64,000 nt of DNA from an uncultured candidate division Zixibacteria bacterium (GCA_963713865.1 OY970208.1:1152001-1216000), one strand, 5' to 3'. Positions 38,229 to 49,527 are shown, counted from the first letter of the stretch. Notes: a model not told the origin generated them from the sequence alone. Translations and numbers: made by a program.

Positions 38229-40994
38229 CTACTCCGTTACCTCTTTACTTATCTTTCCCAGAGTCGCTTGCGCAGCAGCTAAGCGGGCAATCGGGACTCT
38301 GAAGGGTGAACAACTTACATAGTCTAAGCCTAATCTGTGGCATATCATAATCGAATCCGGGTCTCCACCGTGTTCTCCGCAGATACCGATCTTCAAATCT
38401 GGCCTTTTTCCTCTTCCCTTTTTCACTCCCAGCTCCATCAACTGCCCCACACCATTGGCATCAATAGATACAAACGGGTCTTTGGGAATAATTTTATGCT
38501 CGACATAATATTTGATAAATTTACCTGAATCATCCCTGGAAAATCCATATACGGTCTGGGTTAAATCATTGGTGCCGAAGGAGAAGAACTCCGCCTCTGA
38601 GGCGATCTCATCTGCGGTTAAGCAGGCTCGGGGTATTTCGATCATTGTGCCGACTAAATATTTTAGTTTAACCTTATATTTCTTCATAGTCTCTTCAGCT
38701 ACTCTTACCACAACCTCCCTCTGATTTCTAAATTCATTTATATGACCCACTAAAGGAATCATCACCTCTGGCACAACCATCTTTCCTGCCCTGGCTAACT
38801 CGCAGGCAGCTTCAAAAATAGCTCTGGCTTGCATCTCAGTTATCTCAGGAAATACAATGCCCAATCTGCAACCCCGGTGTCCTAACATGGGGTTGAACTC
38901 ATGCAGCTCCTCTATCCGGGCTAAAAGCTTTTCCTTTTCTTTAATTTTTTCCTCATCTTCACCTTTAACTTTCATCACTGCTATCTCCACCATCAGCTCC
39001 TCGCGGTTAGGAAGGAACTCGTGCAGAGGAGGGTCTAAGGTGCGAATGGTTACTGGATGGCCTTTCATGGTTTCAAACAGTCCTTTGAAATCGCTCTTCT
39101 GAAAAGGTAAAAGCTTATCTAAGGCTATCTCTCTTTCCTCTTTAGTCTTGGCTAAAATCATCTCCTGTACAATGGGAAGTCTATCCTTGGCAAAGAACAT
39201 ATGCTCGGTCCGGCAGAGTCCTATCCCTTCGGCCCCGAATTTCATAGCCTGAGCCGCATCCCTGGGAATATCTGCATTTGTCCTGACCTTGAGTCTCCTC
39301 ACCTCATCTGCCCATTTCATAAATTCACCGAACTCACCGGTTAACTCTGGCTCGATAGTAGGAACCTCACCCAAGATCACCTCACCCGTCGAACCGTTTA
39401 AAGAGATGATATCCCTTTCCCTTATAACCAACCCGCCAACGCTGAAAACTTTCCTCTGTTCATTGACTTTGATCTCCTCACATCCAGCCACACAGCATTT
39501 TCCCATACCCCTGGCAACCACTGCTGCATGAGAGGTCATTCCACCTCTGGCAGTTAAAATCCCTTGAGCTACTGCCATTCCGTGAATATCATCCGGATTG
39601 GTTTCCTGGCGTACCAGTATTACTTTTTCACCACTCTGGGTTAATTTAACTGCATCCTCTGCTGAAAAGACTACCTTACCAGTAGCCGCACCCGGTGAGG
39701 CGGCTAATCCCTTGGCAATGACATTTGTCTGTGCTTTGGGATCGATCCTTTTATGCAGAAGCTGGTCTAATTGGGCTGGCTCTATTCTCATTAATGCTTC
39801 TTCTCTGGTGATCAGTTTCTCCTTCACCATATCTACAGCTATTTTAACTGCGGCTGGAGCAGTTCTTTTTCCAGTACGGGTCTGAAGCATATAGAGTTTA
39901 TTTTCCTGCACGGTGAACTCGAAGTCCTGAATATCCCGGAAATGTTTTTCCAATTTGGTAGTTATCTCTTTCAATTCTTTAAAAACCCTGGGCATCTCCT
40001 TTTCCAATTCCTCTATCGGCTTGGGTGTTCTAATCCCGGCTACTACATCCTCACCCTGAGCATTTATTAGATATTCACCGTAAAACCTTTTTTCTCCCGT
40101 AGAAGGGTTTCGGGTAAATCCTACGCCAGTACAGGAATTCTCACCCATATTCCCGAAGACCATAGTCTGAATATTAACTGCAGTCCCTAAATCTCCCGGG
40201 ATATTATTTAACCGGCGATAAGTAATAGCCCTGGGATTATTCCAGGATTTGAAAACTGCCTCAATTGACATCTCTAACTGCTTGTAAGAATCCTGCGGAA
40301 ACTCCTCTCCGGTTTTATGTCTTATCTTGTTTTTATATTTCTGAATGATCTCCTTTAAGTCCTCCACACTCAATGAGGTATCCAGCTTGATATTCTTGTC
40401 CTCTTTTTTCTTCTGGATTATCTCTTCGAACTCAGATTTATCCAGGCTCATTACCACGTTTCCGAACATCTGGATAAACCGGCGATAGGAATCATAGGCA
40501 AACCTTTCGTTCCTGGTCTTCTTGATTAATCCCTGGACGGTTTTATCATTCAAGCCCAGGTTCAGAATAGTATCCATCATACCGGGCATAGAGAATTTTG
40601 CACCGGAGCGGACTGAAAGGAGGAGGGGATGTGTGATGTCTCCGAATTTCGTTCCATATATTTTCTCCAATCTCAACATATTCATTTTAAGCTCTTTAAG
40701 AAGCTCTCTGGGAAGTCTCATATCGTTTTTGTAGAATATGTTACATACTTTGGTAGTGATGGTGAAACCAGGTGGAACTGGAGTACCGATGTTGGTCATC
40801 TCAGCCAGACCTGAGCCTTTGCCTCCTAAGAGGTCTTTTAACTCTCTACCTCCATCCGCTTTTCCTCCACCAAAAAAGTATATATATTTATCAGCTTTAT
40901 GGGAAAGAGGGGCTGGCTTAGCTACCTTCATACTTTTACCTGCCTTCTTAGTGGGCTTTTCCTTCTTTGTTACTTTTTTCACTTTCTTTGGCAT
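38229..40994 (-). CDS. ppdK: Pyruvate, phosphate dikinase
   Basis: LLGGKG, SVRSGA..SMPGMMDT, GEDVVAGIRTP, GGMTSHAAVVAR, GIGLCRTEHMF, GICGEHGG. Confidence 0.98.
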   Translation of the reverse strand: MPKKVKKVTKKEKPTKKAGKSMKVAKPAPLSHKADKYIYFFGGGKADGGRELKDLLGGKGSGLAEMTNIGTPVPPGFTITTKVCNIFYKNDMRLPRELLKELKMNMLRLEKIYGTKFGDITHPLLLSVRSGAKFSMPGMMDTILNLGLNDKTVQGLIKKTRNERFAYDSYRRFIQMFGNVVMSLDKSEFEEIIQKKKEDKNIKLDTSLSVEDLKEIIQKYKNKIRHKTGEEFPQDSYKQLEMSIEAVFKSWNNPRAITYRRLNNIPGDLGTAVNIQTMVFGNMGENSCTGVGFTRNPSTGEKRFYGEYLINAQGEDVVAGIRTPKPIEELEKEMPRVFKELKEITTKLEKHFRDIQDFEFTVQENKLYMLQTRTGKRTAPAAVKIAVDMVKEKLITREEALMRIEPAQLDQLLHKRIDPKAQTNVIAKGLAASPGAATGKVVFSAEDAVKLTQSGEKVILVRQETNPDDIHGMAVAQGILTARGGMTSHAAVVARGMGKCCVAGCEEIKVNEQRKVFSVGGLVIRERDIISLNGSTGEVILGEVPTIEPELTGEFGEFMKWADEVRRLKVRTNADIPRDAAQAMKFGAEGIGLCRTEHMFFAKDRLPIVQEMILAKTKEEREIALDKLLPFQKSDFKGLFETMKGHPVTIRTLDPPLHEFLPNREELMVEIAVMKVKGEDEEKIKEKEKLLARIEELHEFNPMLGHRGCRLGIVFPEITEMQARAIFEAACELARAGKMVVPEVMIPLVGHINEFRNQREVVVRVAEETMKKYKVKLKYLVGTMIEIPRACLTADEIASEAEFFSFGTNDLTQTVYGFSRDDSGKFIKYYVEHKIIPKDPFVSIDANGVGQLMELGVKKGRGKRPDLKIGICGEHGGDPDSIMICHRLGLDYVSCSPFRVPIARLAAAQATLGKISKEVTE

Positions 40995-41266
40995 TTTTTA
41001 CCTCCAAATAATTGTTTAACCAGACCAACTAATTCAAAAGATTACATTAATACGGAAAATCTTATAAAAATCAAGTAAATTCTGAAAGAATTTGAAAAAT
41101 GGGGAGGAATAAATAGCGATTATTTAGACAAAAATAGTCTAACCTATTGGGTGTCAACGACTTGATTTAGAGTAATTATGGGGTGCGTCATATGGATGCT
41201 GCATCCGTAGGATACACTCCAAAGGTAAAAAGGCATTAACATGGTTAATGCACTCCAAAAAATATT

Positions 41267-41770
41267 TTACTCTGCTTTCTGGATGGTTCGGATTATCTCG
41301 TATTCGGAGTTTGCATTAAGGAGTTCTTCCCTGAATGAATCTGAGTGGAGAAGCTCTGCTAAGGCTTTGAATACCTTTAAGTAAAGGACATCGTCATAGG
41401 GTGGAGCGGCGGAGATGAAAAAAAGGTGAACTGGCTCTTTATCTAAAGAATCAAATTCATACCCTTCTTTTGAGCGTGCAAAACCAATAACAAAATCCCG
41501 TACCTGCATAGTCCTCACGTGAGGTATGGCAATCCCTTTGCCTATGGCAGTGGAGGCTTTTTTCTCCCGGTTTAGAAGATCCAAGAAGAGCTTATGTTTA
41601 TTGCAGACCTTGCCAGATTTATCTAAAAGCTCAACTAAATCCTCTAAAATAGCTTCTTTTATGATCCAGAGCTTTTTTTGCTGAGAGATTTCCTTTTCCG
41701 GATCGAACTCGACTTTCGTATCCAGCTCTAATTTGATAAGCTCTGGTTTAAAAAATCGGGACAGGTTCAA
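41267..41770 (-). CDS. Stand-alone PTS EIIA (Ntr/fructose-type) domain protein
   Basis: RE...STAIGKGIAIPH, FDSLD..PVHLFF; AAGGAG RBS before TTG. Confidence 0.88.
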   Translation of the reverse strand: MNLSRFFKPELIKLELDTKVEFDPEKEISQQKKLWIIKEAILEDLVELLDKSGKVCNKHKLFLDLLNREKKASTAIGKGIAIPHVRTMQVRDFVIGFARSKEGYEFDSLDKEPVHLFFISAAPPYDDVLYLKVFKALAELLHSDSFREELLNANSEYEIIRTIQKAE

Positions 41771-42044
41771 TTCAAAATCTCCTTTTATCCACTCTTATCG
41801 GAAAACCAAAGAAAAACTTTTCAAAAATTACTTGAATTCATAATCCAGAATATAATTTTATTCTTTCCAGAGGTAAGATAATAAGTAATTTATATTATCT
41901 CAACTTATTAATTATATTTTCGAGCCAGGGAGTAATTTTTATTTTATCTATAATGAATTGTGGGAGAAGGATAGAAATTTAAAGTCTAAAGATAGAGTCT
42001 TCCTTTCTAGGACAGTAAAAAGGTTTAGTCTATAAATTTAATTT

Positions 42045-42390
42045 GGAGTGTATTGACCATGTCAATGCTCCCCTCTCACTACCCGCGAAACGGGTCTGTA
42101 GAACGGGAGAGGGTCAGGGTAGGGTCATCGTAGAGAGCAGACAAGATGTCTGATATACCGACACTTTGTAAAAACAGGTTCTTTGGAGTACATCCTACAG
42201 ATGTAGCATCATTACGGATGATGCACTCTATAAGTTACTATCCTGAAAGGGTCGCACTACATTTCCCCCCTCCCTGTCCGAGAAGCGGAGACTACATCTG
42301 GCGTCCTACGGACGGGCTGGCTCGTAGCCACCGTAGGATAGGAGAGGGACAGGGTGAGGTAAGAGAAACGAACAGACAAGATGTCTGTTC
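42045..42390. repeat. Dense mosaic cluster of REP-like palindromes (families B, C, G, A)
   Basis: Successive copies including GAACAGACAAGATGTCTGTTC (42370-42390; relatives at 3574-3594, 14881-14905, 63322-63341). Confidence 0.8.
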
Positions 42391-42399
42391 CACCAATTG

Positions 42400-43185
42400 T
42401 CAAGGTAGAAGTTCACCACTGAAAATTGTTACTGCCTGCCCACCCAGATATACTCGATTCCCAGCTACCCGAACCTTTACAATCCCTCCACGAGCTGAAG
42501 CTTGATATGCTATAAATTCACTCTTATTGAGCTTGCGACTCCAATAGGGTCCGAGACAGCAATGCGCCGAGCCAGTTACTGGATCCTCATTAATACCTAC
42601 TGCAGGTGCAAAAAATCTTGAGACGAAATCATATCCTCTGGTAATTGCCGAGCTGGTGACAATGACGCTTCCAATTTCCGGTTTTCCCAGGATTGAAAAA
42701 TCTGGTTTTAAATTTCTGATTGACTCCTCCGATTCCAGTTCTACAAGATACATAAACCCGCATTTTCCAACATGCAGAGGTGTACTCCTTAAGCCCCTCT
42801 CAAGATCAGGTGGAGCTTTTACTGTCTCCTCATACAGGGCTGGGAAATCAAGCTCGATCCATTGGCTCTTTAATTTAGCTTTCAAAAGTCCGCTAAGGGT
42901 ATGAAATTTTGCTTCTTCCTCCGCTTTCAAATATCCTTCGGTGAAAAGAATATGGGCACTGGCTAAAGTAGCATGACCGCAGAGATTAACCTCGAGCTTT
43001 GGAGTAAACCAGCGCAAATTGTATCCCTCAGATTGTCTGAGTAAAAATGCAGTCTCGGATAAATTCATCTCACTGGCTATATTCTGCATCCAGTTTTCGT
43101 CTTTCGGTTCAGGCAATATGCAGACTGCAGCCGGATTTCCTGAAAATGGTTTATCGGTAAAGGCATCCACCTGATAAATTTTCAC
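42400..43185 (-). CDS. PhzF family isomerase
   Basis: QVDAFT..PF.GNPAAV, EMNLSETAF, LRWFTP..EV.LCGHATLA, EDPVTGSAH. Confidence 0.95.
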   Translation of the reverse strand: MKIYQVDAFTDKPFSGNPAAVCILPEPKDENWMQNIASEMNLSETAFLLRQSEGYNLRWFTPKLEVNLCGHATLASAHILFTEGYLKAEEEAKFHTLSGLLKAKLKSQWIELDFPALYEETVKAPPDLERGLRSTPLHVGKCGFMYLVELESEESIRNLKPDFSILGKPEIGSVIVTSSAITRGYDFVSRFFAPAVGINEDPVTGSAHCCLGPYWSRKLNKSEFIAYQASARGGIVKVRVAGNRVYLGGQAVTIFSGELLP

Positions 43186-43238
43186 TTTTTGCTCCTTTAA
43201 GTTGTGTCATGAGCTACTCCTGACATTGTATTATTCTC

Positions 43239-43259
43239 TGTCAGGTCCGGGACCTGACA
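43239..43259. repeat. REP-like family F (TGTCAGGTC..GGACCTGACA)
   Basis: Relatives near 12091-12113, 34309-34330, 43206-43223, 60369-60390. Confidence 0.75.
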
Positions 43260-43265
43260 GAACTA

Positions 43266-43664
43266 CTAATTCGGCTTGCATTTACAGTGCTCCTTATACA
43301 TACACTTATCCATGACTACGGTTAAACCTGCATCCGAAGCCTTTTTAGCTGATTCCTCATTTACTATCCCTTCCTGCATCCAGATAACCTTTGCCTTGAT
43401 CTTAATTGCCTGCTCTACTACTGGAGGCACATCCTCTGATCTTCTGAAAATATCCACGATATCTATTTTATCCGGAATGGAGATTAAATCCGGATAAGAT
43501 TTCTCACCTAAAATCTCTTTTTCATTCGGATTCACCGGGATAATTTTATAACCCTGGGATTGCAGATATCTTGCTACTGAATAGCTGGGCCGGGTAGGGT
43601 TGGAGGAAAGTCCTACTATAGCTATAGTTTTGTTATCATTAAAGATTTTCTCCATTATATTCAT
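43266..43664 (-). CDS. CoA-binding protein (YccU-like)
   Basis: TIAIVGLS.NP.RPS, IIPVNP, DIVDIFR, WMQEG, VVMDKC. Confidence 0.93.
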   Translation of the reverse strand: MNIMEKIFNDNKTIAIVGLSSNPTRPSYSVARYLQSQGYKIIPVNPNEKEILGEKSYPDLISIPDKIDIVDIFRRSEDVPPVVEQAIKIKAKVIWMQEGIVNEESAKKASDAGLTVVMDKCMYKEHCKCKPN

Positions 43665-45385
43665 TTACCCTCCGTTTTATTCTTCCGTTTCCTTCTTTTT
43701 TTCGCTTTGTCAATTTTTTTCATTTCTTTTTCTATTACCTGTAAAATTCTTTTCTGCTCCTCAAAACCGATCAGCGCCTTTTCAAACACCTCCTCCATCT
43801 TTTCCACCCAGATTATTTCAAGGTCGTTTATCAATTCTTCTGGTAAATCCGGAAGATTTCTACGATTGGCTTTTGGCAGGATAATCTTTTTTATACCTAC
43901 CCTCCTTGCTGCAGAGAGCTTCTCCTTGATTCCGCCGACCGGCAGGATGTTCCCCCTCAAGGATACCTCTCCGGTCATAGCTAAATCGTTTCTTATCGGC
44001 TTTTCACTCATCACCGAGGCAATTACCAGGGTAATGGTTAATCCGGCTGAAGGACCATCTTTGGGAATTGCCTCTGAGGGAAAATGGAGATGAATATCGT
44101 AATTGGTAAAATCTTTATAATTTATACCCAAATGTGGTGCCTGTGAGCGGACGTAACTATGAGCGGTTTGGATGGTTTCACGAATGATCCCACCTAACTG
44201 ACCGGTAGAGAAGATCTGACCGCTTCCTTTCATCTTTAAACCCTCGATCAACATAATATCACCACCGGAAGCAGTCCAGGCTAAGCCGCAGGCAACCCCT
44301 ACCTCAGGTTTTTTCTCTACTATTTCCGGGATGTAGACCGGGGTGCCCAGATAGTCTGTTAAGTTCTCTTCGGTTATTCTCCAGAAATCCCCGCTTCCTG
44401 AAGCTCTCATCCATGCTATTTTGCGGCAGATGATCTCGATCCCCTTTTGCAGATTTCTCAATCCCTCTTCGATGGCATACTCCCGGATGATCTTTTTTAT
44501 AGCTTCATCTGTAATCTGAAGCTCTTTCTCTGAGAGCCCGTGTCTTTCAAGCTGAGAAGGGAGCAGGTATTTTCTGGCAATCTGCAGCTTTTCCTCCTCA
44601 ATAAATCCGGTAAATTCAATCATCTCAAAGTAATCCAGAAACGCATCCGGGATCTCCTCCGGGTTTTTAGCCGTGGCTACGAATAAGACCTGTGAAAGAT
44701 CAAAGGTAAGACCTAAATAGTTATCTGTAAAACTGGAATTATGCTCTGGATCCAAAACCTCAAGCAGGGCAGAGATAACTTCCCCTTTTGGAGCTCCATT
44801 CCCTAAATTATCAACCTCTTCCAGCAGAAATAAGGGATTGTTACAGGCCGCATCTTTAAGAAGTCTCAGGATAGCACCAGGATAGCCGCTGGGGATACCA
44901 AACCTTTCTCCTTTGATCTCCTGGCTGGTGGAAAATCCAGCCAGGCTTAAGCGTACAAATTTTCGGTTTAAAGCTATAGCTATGGACTGTGCCAAGGATG
45001 TCTTCCCAGTGCCGGCTGGACCAACAAAACATAAGATCGATCCTTTGATATCTCTTCTCAGCTGGCGGATGGAGAAATATTCACAGATTTGCTCCTTCAT
45101 CTTTTTCTGCCCGAAATATTCCTGGTCTAAAACTCTCTTCAATTTCTCCACATCTATCTCCTCGGCACAGCTTTGGGTCCAGGGCAAAGAGATCAGGTAG
45201 TCGATATATTCCCGAATCATCTCGTATTCGCTGGAGGCGGGAGAAATGAATTTTAATCGCTTTGCTTCTAATAAGGCTTTTCTCTCCACGGGCAAAGGCA
45301 GACCTGCATCTTGAATCTTCCCATTCAGATTCCCTATCTCCTTTTTCTGCATATCCTCTATACGGTTTGTTTCTGGCTCCTCCAT
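43661..45385 (-). CDS. lon: Lon (S16) ATP-dependent protease lacking the N-terminal LAN domain
   Basis: YID.L.SLPW, GPAGTGKTS, ALLEVLDPEHN..F.D.YL, GLAWT..GG, PKDGPSAG (Ser), GGIKEK (Lys); own RBS and TTGACA-17-TATATT promoter. Confidence 0.88.
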   Translation of the reverse strand: MEEPETNRIEDMQKKEIGNLNGKIQDAGLPLPVERKALLEAKRLKFISPASSEYEMIREYIDYLISLPWTQSCAEEIDVEKLKRVLDQEYFGQKKMKEQICEYFSIRQLRRDIKGSILCFVGPAGTGKTSLAQSIAIALNRKFVRLSLAGFSTSQEIKGERFGIPSGYPGAILRLLKDAACNNPLFLLEEVDNLGNGAPKGEVISALLEVLDPEHNSSFTDNYLGLTFDLSQVLFVATAKNPEEIPDAFLDYFEMIEFTGFIEEEKLQIARKYLLPSQLERHGLSEKELQITDEAIKKIIREYAIEEGLRNLQKGIEIICRKIAWMRASGSGDFWRITEENLTDYLGTPVYIPEIVEKKPEVGVACGLAWTASGGDIMLIEGLKMKGSGQIFSTGQLGGIIRETIQTAHSYVRSQAPHLGINYKDFTNYDIHLHFPSEAIPKDGPSAGLTITLVIASVMSEKPIRNDLAMTGEVSLRGNILPVGGIKEKLSAARRVGIKKIILPKANRRNLPDLPEELINDLEIIWVEKMEEVFEKALIGFEEQKRILQVIEKEMKKIDKAKKRRKRKNKTEGK

Positions 45386-45681
45386 TTTTTCCCTCTATCT
45401 TTGGGGTGAAGTCGGATGTTGTTTTTCTCAGTTTAAACCAACCCTCTGAGGTGAATATATTTTAACCTTAAATCCCTGTCAAGAGGATTAGATTATAAAA
45501 ATAAAAGTGGTGAGTGAAATAAAAATTATATCCCCCTCTTCTTAGTCACCTCCCACAAGCCGATAGAAGCTTTACGGCTCGTAGAGGGAAGAGGAATATT
45601 TACATCACCCTGTCTCTCTCCTTCGAGAAGAGGAGATTAACATTACTGTTCAGACAGTTGCTACTGACGTGACTACCCGAG

Positions 45682-45718
45682 AAAAAAGCTGGGATAGGAG
45701 TGTAACCCCTATCCCAGC
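45682..45718 (-). terminator. Intrinsic terminator of the cyclophilin gene
   Basis: GCTGGGATAGG...CCTATCCCAGC followed by a T6 run on the minus strand. Confidence 0.75.
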
Positions 45719-45758
45719 AAAATCTGCTTTCCTCTTGCAAAAGCTGTTCAATGGTGCT

Positions 45759-46442
45759 TTATTTACCCTTCTCCTTATTTTCTGTCTTCTTCTCAGATTC
45801 ACTCCTCTCATACACTTTTTTCATCACCACTTTTTCCAGGGGATATGATCCTGAATCGGTCTTAACCTGGGCGATCTTATCCACTGCCTCCATCCCTTTA
45901 ATCACTTTACCAAAGATTACATAGTTACCATCCAAACTGGGAAGGTCTTTTAGACAGATGTAAAACTGGCTTCCGGCAGAGTTCGGATCCTGCGAACGAG
46001 CCATACCTAAAGACCCTCTGAGATGCTTGGTCTTTGCCTGTTCAAAAGGTATGGAATAACCTGGACCACCTCTACCAGTTCCCTCTGGATCTCCTCCCTG
46101 GATGACGAAATTGGGAACTATGCGATGAAAAGTTAAACCATTGTAAAAGCCCTTATTTACAAGTTTCAGCATATTCCCTGCAGTTATTGGTGTTTCCTTC
46201 CAGAACAATTCAAGCTCTATGTTCCCGAAATCGGTCTCTATGACCACGATCGGGTTTTTATCCCGGACTAACTTCTCTGTAGTATCAGCCTTAACCTTAG
46301 CTTTTCCTGTATCTGCCATAACCTCGTTTTCTCCCATTCCGGTTTGTGAGTTTTCCTTCTTGGCGGATCCGTTCTCAGATTTACATCCAGCCATAAAAAA
46401 CATTAAAATAAAAATCAACGCAAAACATGCTATCTTCTTCAT
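45759..46442 (-). CDS. Cyclophilin-type peptidyl-prolyl isomerase lipoprotein
   Basis: Lipobox MAGC; FYNGLTFHRIV..FVIQGGDP.G.G.GG, MAR..DPNSAGSQFYI, LDGNY.IFG.V. Confidence 0.93.
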   Translation of the reverse strand: MKKIACFALIFILMFFMAGCKSENGSAKKENSQTGMGENEVMADTGKAKVKADTTEKLVRDKNPIVVIETDFGNIELELFWKETPITAGNMLKLVNKGFYNGLTFHRIVPNFVIQGGDPEGTGRGGPGYSIPFEQAKTKHLRGSLGMARSQDPNSAGSQFYICLKDLPSLDGNYVIFGKVIKGMEAVDKIAQVKTDSGSYPLEKVVMKKVYERSESEKKTENKEKGK

Positions 46443-46785
46443 CTTTACTCCTTAAAAAGTTTTTGGGTTATCTTTCTTCCACCTTCTTTTTCAGTTCACC
46501 TCCTTTAAAGCATAATATTTTTTCATCTTCGCATTATAAAGAAATATAAAAGCAAACTGGCTTTATGTCAAGAAGTTTAGAGTTGAACAGGAACTAAACT
46601 TAGTGCAGATTTTTTTGTCAGGGGATAAGGGTACTATAGAACTTGTTTTACAGGGCTGGTCCATCCCTGGCGGATGCCTGCGATCACAGATGGTATTGGG
46701 TCTTCGTAGCTCGGGCACCCTGCCCGACTATTTAAAACTGCGTCAGGAATTTTTAAAGAGAGTAAGGGTTCAAAATTTTGAACTC

Positions 46786-47319
46786 CTACTTCTCCGTTAT
46801 CTTTATCCTGGTTAGTTTCCCTCTTTTTTCTTTAACCCTCTCTATTCCCTTATAAGCGGCTTTATTATCCGGGTTAAGTGAATAAGCTAATTGATATTGC
46901 ACCTCAGATTTATCTAATTCTCCGGTCATTTCAAAGGAATAAGCCAATGAGAACCTGACCTTAGAAATAAATAGCTTGTCTCCATTTTCTACCTCCATAC
47001 AAAGTTCAAACTCGGAGATAGACTCTTTATAGTGGTCTAATTTCTGGTAGCAGAGACCTAAATAATAACGCGCTTCAAAGTTCCGGGGGTCAGCTATCAC
47101 GGCCTTCTTAAATTCCTGAAGCGCGTTGGCATATTTACCCTGGTGATAAAATTTTTTCCCATTAGCCAGATGATTTTGAGAAGCGACTTCTTGGCCATAA
47201 TTTCTGGTAGGTGGAGGAAGTGAAACTGGACTTGGCCTTTCTATTACTATCATCCTCTCGGCGCAGTTCAAGGAGAACAATAAAAGCAAAATTGAAAAAA
47301 GATTGAATATTCTTAACAT
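46786..47319 (-). CDS. TPR-repeat lipoprotein
   Basis: Signal peptide ending SLNC; about 3 TPR motifs. Confidence 0.8.
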   Translation of the reverse strand: MLRIFNLFSILLLLFSLNCAERMIVIERPSPVSLPPPTRNYGQEVASQNHLANGKKFYHQGKYANALQEFKKAVIADPRNFEARYYLGLCYQKLDHYKESISEFELCMEVENGDKLFISKVRFSLAYSFEMTGELDKSEVQYQLAYSLNPDNKAAYKGIERVKEKRGKLTRIKITEK

Positions 47320-47369
47320 ATCCCTCCTTTCGGTCTTTATAATTATATCGGAAATAAGAGGATTTACTT

Positions 47370-48549
47370 TTAAGCTTTTTTTCCTGACGGATCCATTTCT
47401 GACAAAACCCAGATTAGTTTTTCTATATCCTCAAGTGAATTGTAGAAATGAGGAGATACTCGTATTGAGTTCTCCCTGAAGGAGGTCAGTATTTTTTTCT
47501 GTGAAAGAGCTCGGTGCAGTTTTGGACAATTTTTACCAGAAAAAGAAAGTATACCTGATCGGTACAGGGGCTCAAGTGAGCTTTTGATCTGGTAAGGGGT
47601 ATTTTTTAGATAATCTATTAGAAGGTCTAAAAGTTTTATGACCTGATTCTCGATAGCTTTAGTTCCAATTTCGGATATAAGCTCTAAAGAGGAACACATC
47701 GTCCATAGATTTGAAAAAGGGTAAGTCCCTATCTCAAACCTTCGACTGGAGGAGAAGCGGGGAAGGTCATATTTCAAAAGATCAGAGAAATTCAATTTCC
47801 AGTCAACACTCATCCAGCCGAAAAAAGCAGGATCGATTTTCATCTTAGCATTATCTGAAAGATAGAAAAAGCCTGTGCCCAGAGAGGAGAGCAGCCACTT
47901 CTGACCTCCACAGGCTAAGAAATCTATTTTACATTTTTTAACATCTAAATCCAGAACAGCCTACTCCCTGGATTCCATCTACAACAAAGAAAATATTTTT
48001 TTCCTCACAGATTTTTCCAATAGTCTCCAAGTTATTTTTAAAACCATTGAAAAACTGAACATAGGTTATCGATAAGACTTTGCACTTTGAATCGATAGCT
48101 TTAAGGAGATCATCTATGCAAAAAAAACCGTTCTGGCTTTTAATAAATTTTATCTTCACGCCCTTCTTTTTCAGATTCAGCCAAGGATAAACATTTGCCG
48201 GAAACTCCACATCTGAAAGCAAAACCTTATCCCCATATTTAAAGTCCAGTCCATTTGCCACGATATTTAAACCATAAGAAGTGTTGGGCACCAATCCAAT
48301 TTCTTTCGGTTTTGCGTTTACCATTTTAGCCAGATATATTCTGATCTGGTCCATCATCTCAAAAGTCAACTTATCCATATCCACAACTTTTTTAAGGGTC
48401 AAAGCATCATAATATTCCATTGTTTTTTTCAAAGCTCTTAAAGGAATGGGACCAAATGAGGCGTGATTAAGAAAATTAACTTTTTGGGTGAAGGGGAATT
48501 CCCTTCTGTATCTTGCTAACTCTTTTGATTTGGTCTTTCTTAGAGCCAT
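47370..48549 (-). CDS. Class V PLP aminotransferase / cysteine desulfurase-like, split by an apparent +1 frameshift at 47951-47957
   Basis: FLNHASFGP, EFPANVYPW, VDGIQ.VG; removing one T restores ..GC-LDLDVKKCKIDFLACGGQKWLL..GTG and a 392-aa protein ending past RVSPHFYN. Confidence 0.85.
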
Positions 48550-49527
48550 TTATTCTCCTTATACCATTTTATAGTTTCTAAAGCACCCTTTTCTAAATCA
48601 TACTCCGGCGAAAATCCTAATTCATTTTTTGCTTTTGAAATGTCGCAGAGCCAGTACCTCTGGCTTAGCTCATTTGCTTTCTGAAGATTTACCAGAGCAG
48701 ATTCCCCTTTCAGGTGAGAGACCATTTCGGAGAAAGAGGCAAATGTGAACAAAAAGAATTTAGGGATTCTTAATTTAAAAGCTCTTATACCTAAGGATTT
48801 CTGGATGATCTTTCCAGCTTCTGTCCAGGAATAAACCTTTTCATCTGCTATAAAGTAGATCTGTCCGGAACTCTTTTGGTTTTCTGCGGTTAAAATTATC
48901 CCCCGGGTTAAATCTTTAACATATATCAGGGAAATATAACTTTCTTTGAATCCAAAGAGAGGAATTATCCTTTTGTTCACCGTCTGGAAAAAAAATAAAA
49001 TATCTTTATCTCTTGGACCATAAACCGCAGGTGGTCGAACTATAGTAACCGGAAACTTCTCCTTAAAACTCAATACCTCTTTTTCTCCCTGAAGCTTACT
49101 TCTGCCATAATCGGTGATCGGCTCGCATTTTGCATCTTCATTTAAAGGGTAAAAATCTTTGCAGGGACCAACTGCGGCTTGACTGCTGACATAAACAAAC
49201 TTCTTAATATGAGAATTGATCTCCAGAACAGGTTTGAATCAGGTTTTTAGTTCCCTGGGCATTTGCTTTAAAATAATCCTCTTTATTTTTCGCTCGGGTT
49301 AAACCAGCCAGATGGAAAACGAAATCTACCCCTTCTAAAGCTTTTCTTAAGGACTCAACCTCTGTTATATCTCCGTATCTATATTCAGTTTCCAGTCCTG
49401 AAAGAAAACTTAAGTTGCTCGTTTTCCTGACCAGGCAGAAAACCTCATAACGCTTGTTTAACAGAGCTTCAACTAAATGGCTCCCCACAAATCCATTTGC
49501 ACCGGTAACTAAGGCTTTAGGGCTCAA
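48540..49527 (-). CDS. NAD-dependent epimerase/dehydratase-family reductase (CerR-like), split by an apparent +1 frameshift at 49223-49229
   Basis: LVTGANGFVG, VFHLAG; removing one T restores ..TC-LEINSHIKKFVYVSSQAA..PITDYGRSK..VRPPAVYGPRD, 328 aa. Confidence 0.85.

Noticed and set aside
42146-42505. 119-aa ORF
   Set aside because: Reads through a REP mosaic and antisense into phzF; no protein-like features
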